A stretch of DNA of 35,770 nucleotides. Origin: a virus. Positions within the stretch are counted from its first letter, which is position 1. Each line of letters opens with the position of its first letter. The DNA is taken from UHGV virus genome UHGV-0348126. One strand, written 5' to 3'. The notes beneath the pieces were generated by a model. The model was not told the DNA's origin, did no database searches, and worked only from the letters and a program-made list of their open reading frames with translations. A program made the translations under genes and the position numbers. This document shows positions 1 through 9,799 of the stretch, one piece after another.

Positions 1-444
1 TGGCATGTTGACCTGCCAGTAATACCGCCATTCCGGCGCATTCACCGCGTCAGTACAGGCCGATGAGCAGGTGAAGGTGCTTTTGTCGTATCGCGTGATG
101 GTGGCATCTGGTCTGCCCAGGGCAGCAAGCTGTGCAAGATAAAAATCCTCGTTGATGCCGCCCGCCAGGTTAACCTTCGCATCCAGCCGTTGCTGACGCT
201 GGCGAAGGGTCTGTGTCCCTGCGGGAATACATTCATCCGGCAGGCCGCACAGACGCTCCCAGCGATTTATCAGTTCGGTGGTGGTGCGCGGATCCAGCTC
301 CCGCATCAGGGCATCCGCACGCTGATGAACACGGGTTAATGACGGTGCTGCACCGGCAATCGCCGGATCGCTGGCTGGCCACGCCGGACCTGGCGGCAGC
401 AGTGCCGACAACAGACGGATGTAATCATCGTTTGTCACGTCCAT
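1..444 (-). CDS. Mu gp48-like tail/baseplate protein (DUF2313-type), N-terminal 148 codons only; gene continues beyond window start
   Basis: Manual translation of minus strand from ATG at 444..442 gives [36 protein letters not shown]... open to position 1 with no stop; start overlaps the stop of the upstream baseplate J gene; position matches Mu gene order. Family assignment from memory. Confidence 0.6.
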   Translation of the reverse strand, partial: MDVTNDDYIRLLSALLPPGPAWPASDPAIAGAAPSLTRVHQRADALMRELDPRTTTELINRWERLCGLPDECIPAGTQTLRQRQQRLDAKVNLAGGINEDFYLAQLAALGRPDATITRYDKSTFTCSSACTDAVNAPEWRYYWQVNMP

Positions 445-1493
445 AAAATCGTCCCCAGAACCGCCAGTTCATTTTTTGCAATGGAGATATTGTCCGCCGG
501 TGCAAGCAACTGATGGCTGTATTCCCCGTTCGCACCGGAAATCGCTTCACTGATACGCGACACCTTCAGTTCTCCCTGCGGATAACCATCACGCAGCAGG
601 AACGAACGCAACTCCGCAGTAATGGCGGCTCGTATTTCCGGTGTGTCCGGCGTCACGCGGATATGAAAATCCACCGTATGTGCCACCGGCCTGAATACAT
701 ACAAATCAGAGCCTGCCACCGGGGCCAGTGGCTCGATATGTTGTCTTGCCGCCATTTCCGTTGATTCTTCCGGAATGGGGTTAATCAGGTCACTGCTGGC
801 AATCATCACACCGACAGTTCCCGTTCCCATCCAGTGACGGTATGTCCATGCGCGGGTAATGCCGGGCACTTCTTTAGCCCAGACGACATAGTCCCCGTCA
901 GCCCCGCCCTGCGGCGTCCAGTAATACCGCTCAATGACACGGACGCGCCACGTTTCCAGCTCTTCAGTATCAAATCCGCCTGTCAGGGTGTCAGCCACAC
1001 CGGAAGACGGCAGCCCATTCACCGGCGTGACCAGGATTAATGCCGTACCGTCGTCAGCGTTACCGACCGCTCCTGCACTTGAGCAGGCGATCGGCACGCG
1101 CAGGACACCACCGGTGCTGATTGCATCGGCAGTTGCCGTGTACTGAACCAGGTCATCGCGCTGAATAACACTTCCGGCGGTCACCTTCAGGCCATCGCTG
1201 ACACCTTCCCAGCGCATATACCCGCTGGCAGCCGTGGCCCCCTTGCGCGGACACCGTTTCATCGCAGCATGTCGCGCCAGCCAGGACTCATCGCACAGGT
1301 CAGGCAGCATATTCATTGCCAGATAATCGATGTACCCGTAAACCGTATGCAGCGCCGCCGCATACACCTTTGCCCGCACGTCTTCATCCATGCGCCGGAG
1401 CGTGTCGCTGACGTCCAGCCTGGCGAATAAATCGTTACGGAGCATACTGATATTTTCTGCCAGCGTCGGGCGCTGAAATTCACTGTCCGCCAT
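435..1493 (-). CDS. baseplate J-like protein (Mu gp47 / P2 gpJ family)
   Basis: 352-aa ORF from the track; recalled resemblance to baseplate J family; translationally coupled to neighbours on both sides. Confidence 0.8.
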   Translation of the reverse strand: MADSEFQRPTLAENISMLRNDLFARLDVSDTLRRMDEDVRAKVYAAALHTVYGYIDYLAMNMLPDLCDESWLARHAAMKRCPRKGATAASGYMRWEGVSDGLKVTAGSVIQRDDLVQYTATADAISTGGVLRVPIACSSAGAVGNADDGTALILVTPVNGLPSSGVADTLTGGFDTEELETWRVRVIERYYWTPQGGADGDYVVWAKEVPGITRAWTYRHWMGTGTVGVMIASSDLINPIPEESTEMAARQHIEPLAPVAGSDLYVFRPVAHTVDFHIRVTPDTPEIRAAITAELRSFLLRDGYPQGELKVSRISEAISGANGEYSHQLLAPADNISIAKNELAVLGTILWT

Positions 1494-1908
1494 GCGTTAT
1501 CGCACTCCACAGATCATCAAAAGAAATCATTACCGGTCCGTCACGACGCCAGAGAGTGATACTGTTACCCAGTTCATTAATCCCGGTGCGGCGGATATCC
1601 AGATCAATACGGGACACCACGCCATCATCAATCATCCATTGCAGGCATTCGCGGATATACCCCCTTACCGTCTGCACCAGCTGATTGGTCAGTTTGCTGC
1701 GCTGAAGCAGCCACAGTCGGGAGCCGTAACGGTCATTCTGTACCGCAGGCCAGGTATCCCCCCACCATCCCATCGGGACGTCGGCGTTGTCATCAGGCTC
1801 CGCCCGCCGCCAGGTAAACAGGGAAATCACCACGGCGCGGGTCAGCGGATCCAGCGGTGCGCTGGCGCAGGTGCGTTTACCGTTCACCGTCAGCCACAGT
1901 TCCATCAT
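1480..1908 (-). CDS. Mu gp46-like baseplate protein
   Basis: 142-aa ORF; size, position between baseplate V and baseplate J and recalled GP46-family resemblance; overlapping start/stop with neighbours. Confidence 0.7.
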   Translation of the reverse strand: MMELWLTVNGKRTCASAPLDPLTRAVVISLFTWRRAEPDDNADVPMGWWGDTWPAVQNDRYGSRLWLLQRSKLTNQLVQTVRGYIRECLQWMIDDGVVSRIDLDIRRTGINELGNSITLWRRDGPVMISFDDLWSAITHGGQ

Positions 1909-2453
1909 GCCTCCATCGCTTTATCAGGTTTGTCGGTGTTACTGCCCTGACCGTTCTCTCTGTGACGATGCCCGTTATAGGCAAGCCGCATCGCTGACAT
2001 GGTGGTGCCGCTGGAGTCGCACAGGTCTTTCACTTGTCCTGTCACTTCCAGGTCCATTTCAAAACGTGCTTTAGGTGAATTGCGAAACGTGATCGTTTTA
2101 CCTGCACCGTCCACCACGATCCCCTCCCGGGTCAGCGTCACGGACTGCCCCTGATCGTCATAGACAGCCACCTCACCCGTCTGCAGCCCTTTCAGGCGGT
2201 AACGCCGATCCGACACCGTAACAACCACCGCATGAGAACGGTCGCCATCCGGAAACAACACCACCGCTTCCGCACCGCTGTTTGCCCTTGCGGTAAAACC
2301 GTAAGGTTCAAGATGTTCAACCCCGGCTTTGGGTTCACCGGCAATCAGGGACACATCCACGGTCTGACATTTCGTTGCGGCACTGATGCTTTTCACCACG
2401 GCCCGCCCAATCAGCCCGAGGAGTTGTCGCTGTATGGTTTCAATCGCCCTCAT
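1905..2453 (-). CDS. baseplate assembly protein V / spike (Mu gp45-like)
   Basis: 182-aa ORF; position and recalled similarity to phage baseplate assembly protein V; 1-nt overlap with upstream gene. Confidence 0.7.
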   Translation of the reverse strand: MRAIETIQRQLLGLIGRAVVKSISAATKCQTVDVSLIAGEPKAGVEHLEPYGFTARANSGAEAVVLFPDGDRSHAVVVTVSDRRYRLKGLQTGEVAVYDDQGQSVTLTREGIVVDGAGKTITFRNSPKARFEMDLEVTGQVKDLCDSSGTTMSAMRLAYNGHRHRENGQGSNTDKPDKAMEA

Positions 2454-3532
2454 CAGAACGGGTCCTCCTGTACTCTGGCTTTTTTCTTTTTCCGCGCGCC
2501 GGGATCTTCGGGTTCAGGCAGATAAGCATCAGGCGGGCCGACACGGATTTCCGTCAGGGTGCCGTTCTGGTCCTGAGTAAACGTGACTTCCGAAACAAGC
2601 AGTTCGGTATTGTCGAAACCACAGACCGGATCAAAGACAATCACCCGCTGGTTGGGCTGCCACAGCGTACCGTTACCCTGTCGCCAGCCCTGCACCACAT
2701 AGGTGGTTTCATCCGTCCGCGCCGCCCGTTGTCGGGCTTCAAAGTCAGCACGCGCAATACAGCCTGCCCCCGTGGCCTGCCCTGTCTGCCTGATATACAT
2801 CGGACGGTAACGGGCAATAAATGCGTCCTCTGTGCGGGCCCGCAGCGCGGTGGTGGTGGCCTCACCGAAATCATCGTCGTTTCCGGCACGCTGCCCCGCC
2901 ACCTGGTAAACTGAAAACCGCTCCCGGATACTCTTCTCCGTATCACAGGAAAGGATGTTTTCCCCAAGTACCAGCGCGGTATGTGCCCGCGTTGAGCCAA
3001 TACCGCCAATCACCAGCCTGCCGTGCGGGTCGTCGTAAGCCAGTGCCTGCTGCTGACCGAGTATTTTGTTGATTACCTCAATCACCGTTTCACCGTGATC
3101 AGGCTGGACGTCAGGAATAACACCCGACGGCGCACCGTTGTTCACCACCTCAATGCCGAAGGGCGCAGCAAGCGCCTGCGCAATCTGTACCAGCGATCGT
3201 CCGTTAAACTGTGTCGGTTCGGCTGCACAGTCAATCAGATCAGCGGTTAGACTGCGTCCGGCAATACCGGTGCTGACCGAACGGGCATCGTAACGAACGG
3301 GCGTCGCCTCCACCCAGCCGGTGATCACCAGCTCATCACCAATCAGCACTTCCACTTTTGAACCGTTTTTAATGCGCGGCTGAAGCGTGGTGATACCCTC
3401 ATCTCCCGGCCACTGGCGGGTGATCTCCACACTGAAATCCCGCGCCAGTCGTTCAACACCGGCACCGATGCGCACCGATGTCCAGCCATTCCACTCCCGG
3501 CCATTTACCCGTAGCGTGACGTTATCGTTCAT
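2453..3532 (-). CDS. tail protein, Mu gp44 (P) / P2 gpD-like baseplate hub
   Basis: 359-aa ORF directly downstream of the DNA circulation protein gene as in Mu; 4-nt overlap with upstream gene. Confidence 0.7.
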   Translation of the reverse strand: MNDNVTLRVNGREWNGWTSVRIGAGVERLARDFSVEITRQWPGDEGITTLQPRIKNGSKVEVLIGDELVITGWVEATPVRYDARSVSTGIAGRSLTADLIDCAAEPTQFNGRSLVQIAQALAAPFGIEVVNNGAPSGVIPDVQPDHGETVIEVINKILGQQQALAYDDPHGRLVIGGIGSTRAHTALVLGENILSCDTEKSIRERFSVYQVAGQRAGNDDDFGEATTTALRARTEDAFIARYRPMYIRQTGQATGAGCIARADFEARQRAARTDETTYVVQGWRQGNGTLWQPNQRVIVFDPVCGFDNTELLVSEVTFTQDQNGTLTEIRVGPPDAYLPEPEDPGARKKKKARVQEDPF

Positions 3533-4857
3533 TGCACTGGCACCTTTAGAGGGATCACCGGCACAAAGCCGGGATGCGTAATGGCATTACGCCGGATAAT
3601 GTCCGCGTCACGCGCCGCGTTATCAAACCAGGTCGCCGCCAGCACCAGCGCGGGTAAAACCTCATCCGGCGTGCGCTGAATGATCCGTGCAGACTGTTCA
3701 AGGCGCGTGTTGATATCCGCATTCAGATCTGCTTTCACCCGGCGCAGCGCCAGAAACAGCGCATCACTGGTTGTACGGGACAACTCCTTATCAATTGCCG
3801 TATTCAGTGTGTCGCGAATGTCAGTCAGTTCTTCCCACGTCGGCAGGTCAACTGTGTTTTTCACCGCCGGTGCATTGTTCAGTGCCGGATGCGTGACGGA
3901 AGGCCAGCCAGTGCTCTGCGCAGGTGTTGTTGCCTGCCCCACTGCGGAATTCTGCATCACCGCGGAAGTTGTTGGCGCAGGCAATCGGGTGACGGCATAC
4001 GCCGCTTCGCTGATTGCGGTCGTACGAAGGGTGCTGGCAACCACGTTACGCTGCTGCGTCGCCGTGGCGGTGGTTTTACTGTCCGTTTTCCAGACGCCGC
4101 GCGGTTGCAGATCGCTGCCGAGGCTGACACCGGAAAGCGTTTTGATCATGGTGACCAGGTCGCTGGCGTTACCATAAAGGCGTTTCCCGGTACGCCACAT
4201 TTTCTGCACCTGCTCAACGAAATTTTTGCCTGACGATGGCGGCGGCAGAAGTACCGAGATATCCCCCTGCAACAGCCTGGCGGCATCCGATACGGCAGAA
4301 TCCACCACTTTCATCGCATCAGAAACATACCCCAGCATTATGCTGGCATTACCGATAACGTCGTTCTGCACGAAATCCGCCACACCATCGATACTGAAAC
4401 CGCTGAAGCTGTCACTGATGCAGTCATCCAGTGCAGAACAGGATGACATCAGCGTCTGCGCCGTCGCCGCACCTGATGTGGGGTAAGAGAGTTCTCCTGC
4501 TTCGACAAACTTCAGGTCAAAGCGGACAATACGCCCTTCACTTTTCGATGTGCTGACCCGAACTTCCCCGTCAACACAGACTTTCAGCTCACCATATGTC
4601 GGGTGGACAAGCGTGCCGGGACCGGGTTTATTCAGCGCTTCAATCAGGCGATCGCGCTGGTCAAAGCAGTCATCTCCCACCACATAAGCTGTGATGGACG
4701 GGCGGAAAGTGACTTTTCCCAGATCTTCGGTATAGGGCTTGTCGCGGTTCGGATATTCGTGTGTTTCCACACGGCGACCGGTTCCCGCACTTTCTTCTTC
4801 AACCTTAAACGGTACGCCGCGAAATGACGCATCCTGAAGCCTGTCTTTCCACGTCAT
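3529..4857 (-). CDS. DNA circulation protein (Mu N / gp43-like)
   Basis: 442-aa ORF; N-terminus MTWKDRLQDASFRGVPFKVEEESAGTGRRVETHEYPNRDKPYTEDLGK recalled as typical of the DNA circulation N-terminal domain. Confidence 0.8.
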   Translation of the reverse strand: MTWKDRLQDASFRGVPFKVEEESAGTGRRVETHEYPNRDKPYTEDLGKVTFRPSITAYVVGDDCFDQRDRLIEALNKPGPGTLVHPTYGELKVCVDGEVRVSTSKSEGRIVRFDLKFVEAGELSYPTSGAATAQTLMSSCSALDDCISDSFSGFSIDGVADFVQNDVIGNASIMLGYVSDAMKVVDSAVSDAARLLQGDISVLLPPPSSGKNFVEQVQKMWRTGKRLYGNASDLVTMIKTLSGVSLGSDLQPRGVWKTDSKTTATATQQRNVVASTLRTTAISEAAYAVTRLPAPTTSAVMQNSAVGQATTPAQSTGWPSVTHPALNNAPAVKNTVDLPTWEELTDIRDTLNTAIDKELSRTTSDALFLALRRVKADLNADINTRLEQSARIIQRTPDEVLPALVLAATWFDNAARDADIIRRNAITHPGFVPVIPLKVPVQ

Positions 4858-4870
4858 ATAAACTCCGGAT

Positions 4871-4928
4871 ACAAAAAACCCGCCAAATCTGCTTTGTCAG
4901 TTATTTACATCGCAGAAGATGTGGCGGG
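4871..4928 (-). terminator. putative intrinsic terminator downstream of the AT-rich cargo gene
   Basis: On the minus strand CCCGCCACATCT ... AGATTTGGCGGG forms a long imperfect stem (1 mismatch) followed by TTTTTTGT; lies between the cargo gene stop (4948) and the next tail gene start (4857). Confidence 0.45.
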
Positions 4929-4947
4929 AACCTAATATTTTTAATTA

Positions 4948-5460
4948 CTATCTGAGTTGAACATCAATGGAATAAATATCACCACTCTTTATAAATTTAG
5001 AATCTGTCCTTTCATCAAAAGATTCAAATGACTGTACCTTTAAAAACTTTTTCATTTTATTTTCAAAAATACTTTCATTAACACCAGTTAAATACTTGAA
5101 CGCTCTACCAGCAAGGACCTCATTACTTAAATCCATTGTGTTTTTATTGTCTTTGAAAAACCAAACAATAACCTTTTGTGGGCATGATGGATTATAAACA
5201 GATATATAAAACTGCGGCTCATATTTTTCATCAGCGTCATCACTAAGCATTTCTTCAGAAGATAATTCTCTTCTGAATTCATATTGCCGCTTAGTTATTC
5301 CTTCATCCTTTATTATCTCTTGCTTAACTGGCGCAATACCTATAGAAGAGATTAATTCTGACTCATTAAAGCTGAACTTACACTCTTCCGCAGCCAAGTT
5401 AAAAGATAAAAGTGCAGATATAAAAAAAACAAAGATACGCATAATCATCCCTTCAATCAT
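4948..5460 (-). CDS. hypothetical secreted protein (moron) with N-terminal signal peptide
   Basis: 170-aa ORF in a visibly AT-rich island. Three in-frame ATGs (5460, 5448, 5442); GAAGGG lies 6 nt before the ATG at 5442, giving MRIFVFFISALLSFNLAAEE..., a classic signal peptide with an LAA cleavage motif. No recognisable family. Confidence 0.6.
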   Translation of the reverse strand: MIEGMIMRIFVFFISALLSFNLAAEECKFSFNESELISSIGIAPVKQEIIKDEGITKRQYEFRRELSSEEMLSDDADEKYEPQFYISVYNPSCPQKVIVWFFKDNKNTMDLSNEVLAGRAFKYLTGVNESIFENKMKKFLKVQSFESFDERTDSKFIKSGDIYSIDVQLR

Positions 5461-5541
5461 TTGTAAGGAATGATTATATTAACTACTTAAAGCTGAAAAC
5501 CCAAATTATGCCAGACAAAAACACATTAATCATTTTGTACA
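5461..5541 (-). promoter_or_regulatory. putative autonomous promoter of the cargo gene
   Basis: Minus strand carries a perfect TATAAT (plus 5473..5478) about 13 nt upstream of the first ATG, in an AT-rich 81-bp spacer between the tape measure stop and the cargo gene; the -35 is weak. Confidence 0.35.
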
Positions 5542-7374
5542 CTACCTGAACCGCGTATAGCCAACATCATGGCTGACATCAAAACCGCTGGATCGCGTTT
5601 CCATAACCCGCATACCCGGAGGCGAATTCACAAAAGATACCTTGATCTCACCATCAACTTTTGGCACAGAAGCTTTGTTAATCATGAAGGGATTCGAGCC
5701 TGTGGCATCGGAGGCGTTGTTTGACTGAGCCGGATCCACCGCCGGATAAGGTGTGTATCCCCGCGCCGGTATTCCCGTCCCATAAGCATCATAAGCACCC
5801 GCGCCCCACTGCGCAGAGTTAATGGCATCGACCGTGTCACCGGAACTGTCGGTAAACCACTCAATAATTGGCTTCAGCTTGTCCCACATATCCTGAAACC
5901 ACTTAACAACCGGCCCCCAGTTATTGATCACCATCCCCAGCGGCGACCAGGCAAAAACTTTCTTAAGGAGTTCCCAGCCAGCCTCAAAATAAGGACCAAT
6001 GGTTTCCCAGAGTTTCTTAAAATAAGGTCCGACAACATCCCAGTTAGTGATAATTAATCCCGCAGCCAGGGCTATCGCCGTCGCAATCATGCCAATCGGC
6101 GTCATCGACATGATCCTGCTGACAATACTGATGGCACCGCCAACGCCCATCAATCCCAGTTTCAGAATCGCAAGACCAGCAGCAAGCCCGACGACGCCGC
6201 GAATAACCCGGGGATTTTCATCCGCAAACTTCGTGAATTTCTCCCCCAACTCCCCCAGCCATTGCGTGATATTTTTAGCGTCACCAGAAAATGCGCCGCC
6301 AATAGCCGCAAGGCCGTTAGTTGCGGTCCCTGTCATTGCCTCCCACAGGTTGGACAGCGTACCAAGCTGTGCCTGAACACGTTTATTCAGGCTGGCCTGT
6401 TTATTCATCTTCTGCTGGATCTGATCGTAGCCATCCTTTCCTTTATCGATTAGTGCATTGACCACCTGAAGGGTTTCGGCATCATCACCAAATATTGCCT
6501 TAAGTACACCAGTTCGTTTAACGTCGGTCAGTTTTCGCAGCTTTGCCAGTTGCCTGAACATGTTATCAAGACCGCCAAAACTCCCTTTGCCGTCAGTAAA
6601 ATCGAGCTGTACCCCGAGTTTCTGGCGGGCCATAACTTTATTAACATCCCTGATTTTCTTAACGCTTAATCCGGACTGGATAACTTTTCGCAGGGCATTA
6701 CCTGCCGACTCCCCGTTCATCCCCATCTGATCCATCATGACGCTGATGGGGGCAAGGCTATGTGCAGCCTGAAGACCGTCCTTGTTCACCATCTTCAGAA
6801 CAGAACTGGTTTTAGTGAAGAAGGACAACATGTTGGTATCGTCAACGCCCAGATAAAACGCCTTCTGGATAGTGTCGAACAGCCCCATCATGTCTTCTGA
6901 CGCCGTTCCGGTAGCATCCTGCATCTTTGCAGCAAACTCAGCAGCCGCTTCCGGTGTTTTTTTCAGTTGTACCGCAAGATAAGCTGTCGCTTTACCCACA
7001 CCGCCAAGAATGTTTTCTGCCGGGATCCCCTGACGCACCAGCATCTGCATCATGTTCTGGAAATCAGCCGTTGTACCGGGTAGCTGGTTACCCAGGCCAA
7101 TAGCCAGTTTATTGATGTCCTGAAAGCTCTTTCCAACCTCGCCGTTCGCATCCATCATGGCGACTTTCAGCCCGGTGGCGGCGTTTTCCTGATCGGCATA
7201 AGATTTCAGGGAAAGCGTCAGACCCGCTGCCAGTCCGCCACCAAGCGCCAGCCCACCCTGTGACGCTTCTTCCGCCTGGCGTTTAAATCCCCGGATTTTC
7301 TTTTGCATTTTCGACAGCGCGGGAGAAAGCCTGTCGACACCGGTGATCAACGCCTTAAGCTCAAATTCAGCCAT
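5542..7374 (-). CDS. tail tape measure protein
   Basis: 610-aa ORF following the tail chaperone; Ala/Gly-rich with hydrophobic segments (GVVGLAAGLAILKLGLMGVGGAISIV) and a Trp-rich repeat region (WDVVGPYFKKLWETIGPYFEAGWELLKKVF) typical of tape measure proteins. Confidence 0.85.
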   Translation of the reverse strand: MAEFELKALITGVDRLSPALSKMQKKIRGFKRQAEEASQGGLALGGGLAAGLTLSLKSYADQENAATGLKVAMMDANGEVGKSFQDINKLAIGLGNQLPGTTADFQNMMQMLVRQGIPAENILGGVGKATAYLAVQLKKTPEAAAEFAAKMQDATGTASEDMMGLFDTIQKAFYLGVDDTNMLSFFTKTSSVLKMVNKDGLQAAHSLAPISVMMDQMGMNGESAGNALRKVIQSGLSVKKIRDVNKVMARQKLGVQLDFTDGKGSFGGLDNMFRQLAKLRKLTDVKRTGVLKAIFGDDAETLQVVNALIDKGKDGYDQIQQKMNKQASLNKRVQAQLGTLSNLWEAMTGTATNGLAAIGGAFSGDAKNITQWLGELGEKFTKFADENPRVIRGVVGLAAGLAILKLGLMGVGGAISIVSRIMSMTPIGMIATAIALAAGLIITNWDVVGPYFKKLWETIGPYFEAGWELLKKVFAWSPLGMVINNWGPVVKWFQDMWDKLKPIIEWFTDSSGDTVDAINSAQWGAGAYDAYGTGIPARGYTPYPAVDPAQSNNASDATGSNPFMINKASVPKVDGEIKVSFVNSPPGMRVMETRSSGFDVSHDVGYTRFR

Positions 7375-7785
7375 GTGTGCGTTTCTCCTGCTCTATCCTG
7401 TTTGCCTGACTGACCAGTAAGGGAATTTCACTGATCGGCATATTCAGCAATTCGAAAGGATTAATGCGCCAGTAACTGGCGCAGTCAAAGAAGCGATCAG
7501 TGAGGTATTCAGCCGTCAGGCCTGGAGGAAAAAACCAGCCACAAGCCACGCCGCTGCATTCAGGTCTGCCGGAGACATCTGGTCGACAGAGCTTTGCGGC
7601 ACTTTCGCCAGCCGCACAATGTATTTCGATACCACATGCGCCAGAAGTCTGACGGACTCATCCTGATTCATCTGGTAGGGATACCCCAGCTCGCGGACAT
7701 CTTTCCCGGTGGGCTCATCAAACTCCAGTACGGAGAGTGTCTCGCCATGAGCGGTAATCGGTTTCTTTAACTCAAGCTCTTTCAT
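7367..7785 (-). CDS. tail assembly chaperone, -1 frameshift fusion (GT-like) product
   Basis: Slippery heptamer T TTT TTC on the minus strand (plus 7528..7534) in the zero frame of the chaperone; the -1 frame continues FFPPGLTAEYLTDRFF... for about 55 more codons to a stop at 7367, overlapping the tape measure start (7374). Confidence 0.55.
7516..7785 (-). CDS. tail assembly chaperone, short (G-like) product
   Basis: 89-aa ORF between tail tube and tape measure; ends ...AGFFLQA* directly on a slippery site. Confidence 0.7.
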   Translation of the reverse strand: MKELELKKPITAHGETLSVLEFDEPTGKDVRELGYPYQMNQDESVRLLAHVVSKYIVRLAKVPQSSVDQMSPADLNAAAWLVAGFFLQA

Positions 7786-8141
7786 TACTGGTAATCCCCT
7801 TCTTCACCGTGGAACTCAAGATCAACCGTCCCTTCTTCGGCATTATGGTTTGCTTCGCCGTGCAGCCAGGCAGACGACAGTACATAGACCTGACCGTTCG
7901 CCAGCTCGGCTGTGATGGTCATCTCATCAGACGAGGTGATTTTGCTCACCGGAAAATTCTTCGGCACCTTGAAGGTCCCTTTAACATAAGGCGCACGGTG
8001 AGTTTCCTTGCGGTCCACTGAACCGTCCAGGCCGATGATGTCATCATTGACCGTCCTGTTCATGGGCACCTCAATGCCGCCGGTCAGCGATAGCTGCTGA
8101 CCGTCAATTTTGAAATAACAGGTTCCCCCGATACGGGCCAT
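7785..8141 (-). CDS. tail tube protein (Mu gp40-like)
   Basis: 118-aa ORF immediately downstream of the sheath gene with 1-nt overlap; size and position typical. Confidence 0.75.
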   Translation of the reverse strand: MARIGGTCYFKIDGQQLSLTGGIEVPMNRTVNDDIIGLDGSVDRKETHRAPYVKGTFKVPKNFPVSKITSSDEMTITAELANGQVYVLSSAWLHGEANHNAEEGTVDLEFHGEEGDYQ

Positions 8142-9637
8142 TATGCGGACTCCTCTGAATACTGAAGACGGAACTGGTTAACCACGGCAAAGACACGCAA
8201 CTGGTTAACATAGTCAGGCGGGAACAGCGTGTTCAGGCGGTTCGGATCGCTGGCATCACGCTCCACAACCAGGTACTGCTTAAAAAGTTCGTAGTTTTCC
8301 ACGATCCCCGCACGCTCAAGCTGACGGTAGGTTGCCAGCAGTTCCCCTTTGATCACCGCCGGGGTGACAATCGCCTGACCGGGACCAAAGCGGGTACCGT
8401 CGCTGGCAAGCTTGTGACGCCCGTACTTACTGGTAATGACGGATTTCAGTTTGCGCAGTACATACGCACTGGTATGCAGCGTCTCGCTGTCGAGGTAGCT
8501 GTTATCCGCAACCCCGTAAGCGTTTTTCCTGTACGTGGTGACATCACGCTGAATGCGCAGTACCCCGCTTTCGACATACGCCGTTGCCACGCCATGAGAC
8601 AGCAGGGTCTGTTGTTCGGTCATCGTGAACCGTTTCCCCTTCGGCGAAGGCAGCATACCCACCAGCTCACCGGTCTGCGTGGGACGTGCCGGATCGTTGC
8701 GGATAAACACCGCTGCGCGGGCGGTACGGCTTGCCGCCAGCTCGTCGGCAGGCGTCTGGGTCTCTTTTTCGTACCCCGCCAGGGTAATGTGCTGCTGGTT
8801 AAACTGGTCACCTGCGGTCACCAGTTCTGACAGCGTGCCGATCTTTGCCGTATACACATGACCATACAGCTGACGCGCATAGCTCCAGCGACCGCTGGTA
8901 TCGTTCATCTCGGTCACCAGCGTGTTAACGGAGGCCGTGTCGTTGAACGGCAGGCCGATATAATCAAACGGCTCATCCGCCATTGCAGCCACCGCGCCGG
9001 TGAGAACCGGAGCACCCGTTCCGGCGGTACCCGTCGCCACGGCAATCTGTACGCCCGCTGGCAGCACTTCGCCCCCACCAAAGCCGTAGTAATTGAGGCT
9101 GACAGGAATTTCATTCCCGCAAAGCCCCTTATGGCGAGCGGTCAATGTAACCACACCAGCCGAAGATGAGGCCGTAAACGGCAGGGCCGGAACGGCATTG
9201 ATGGCATCTTTGATACTGCTGGCAATCGTCGCGACGTTATCGCCGTTGGTCACCGGTGCCTGCACGCGGGTACGTCCCACATAAACATTCACCGTGCCGG
9301 TTTCGGTTGCTGCCCCGGTCACCGTCAGCGTAACTGTTGCCGCCGCGCCTGTGGATTCAGGAACGGCAATCACATACAGCTCGCCAAACGGGTCAGTCTG
9401 GCGATAAGCCTCGACCATACGCGCCAGCTGACTTCCCGCACCACAAATCTGGCGTGCATAGTCTGCCGACGGCATCAGTACCAGACTGTTGGCAACAATC
9501 TCTGCACCGTTATTGGCATGACCAATCAGCAGCGATGCTCCGCTGTCCTGTGCAGTATTCGCCGCCTGGTTATCCATTTCCGCATAAAACAACGGAACCA
9601 GCGTATTCGACGGAATGGTGTTAAAGCTTATCGTCAT
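8141..9637 (-). CDS. contractile tail sheath protein (Mu L / gp39-like)
   Basis: 498-aa ORF; size, position upstream of the tube gene and recalled sheath-family resemblance. Confidence 0.85.
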   Translation of the reverse strand: MTISFNTIPSNTLVPLFYAEMDNQAANTAQDSGASLLIGHANNGAEIVANSLVLMPSADYARQICGAGSQLARMVEAYRQTDPFGELYVIAVPESTGAAATVTLTVTGAATETGTVNVYVGRTRVQAPVTNGDNVATIASSIKDAINAVPALPFTASSSAGVVTLTARHKGLCGNEIPVSLNYYGFGGGEVLPAGVQIAVATGTAGTGAPVLTGAVAAMADEPFDYIGLPFNDTASVNTLVTEMNDTSGRWSYARQLYGHVYTAKIGTLSELVTAGDQFNQQHITLAGYEKETQTPADELAASRTARAAVFIRNDPARPTQTGELVGMLPSPKGKRFTMTEQQTLLSHGVATAYVESGVLRIQRDVTTYRKNAYGVADNSYLDSETLHTSAYVLRKLKSVITSKYGRHKLASDGTRFGPGQAIVTPAVIKGELLATYRQLERAGIVENYELFKQYLVVERDASDPNRLNTLFPPDYVNQLRVFAVVNQFRLQYSEESA

Positions 9638-9791
9638 CGGTATTCACCTTTTTATTCACGCGCCGGATATCACCCGCTGCTTCACGGCGCAGCCAGTAGT
9701 TGTTCTCGTCAACATTTCGCCCTTCGGCGGGCAAAAGGTCGCCGCGGGCAGGGTCAGGAACTGACCGCCCTTTAACAGGTTTCACAAACAT
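9621..9791 (-). CDS. small conserved tail-module protein (DUF2635-like), absent from the ORF track because under 60 aa
   Basis: Manual translation from ATG at 9791: MFVKPVKGRSVPDPARGDLLPAEGRNVDENNYWLRREAAGDIRRVNKKVNTDDDKL* (56 aa); overlaps the sheath start by 17 nt; recalled resemblance to DUF2635 proteins that precede sheath genes in Mu-like tails. Confidence 0.5.
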   Translation of the reverse strand: MFVKPVKGRSVPDPARGDLLPAEGRNVDENNYWLRREAAGDIRRVNKKVNTDDDKL

Positions 9792-9799
9792 GAAGATTC

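Noticed and set aside
1492-1950. 152-aa plus-strand ORF
   Set aside because: Antisense to the coupled gp46/gp45 tail genes; Pro/Arg/His/Gly-rich composition typical of a GC-rich antisense frame; no RBS context.
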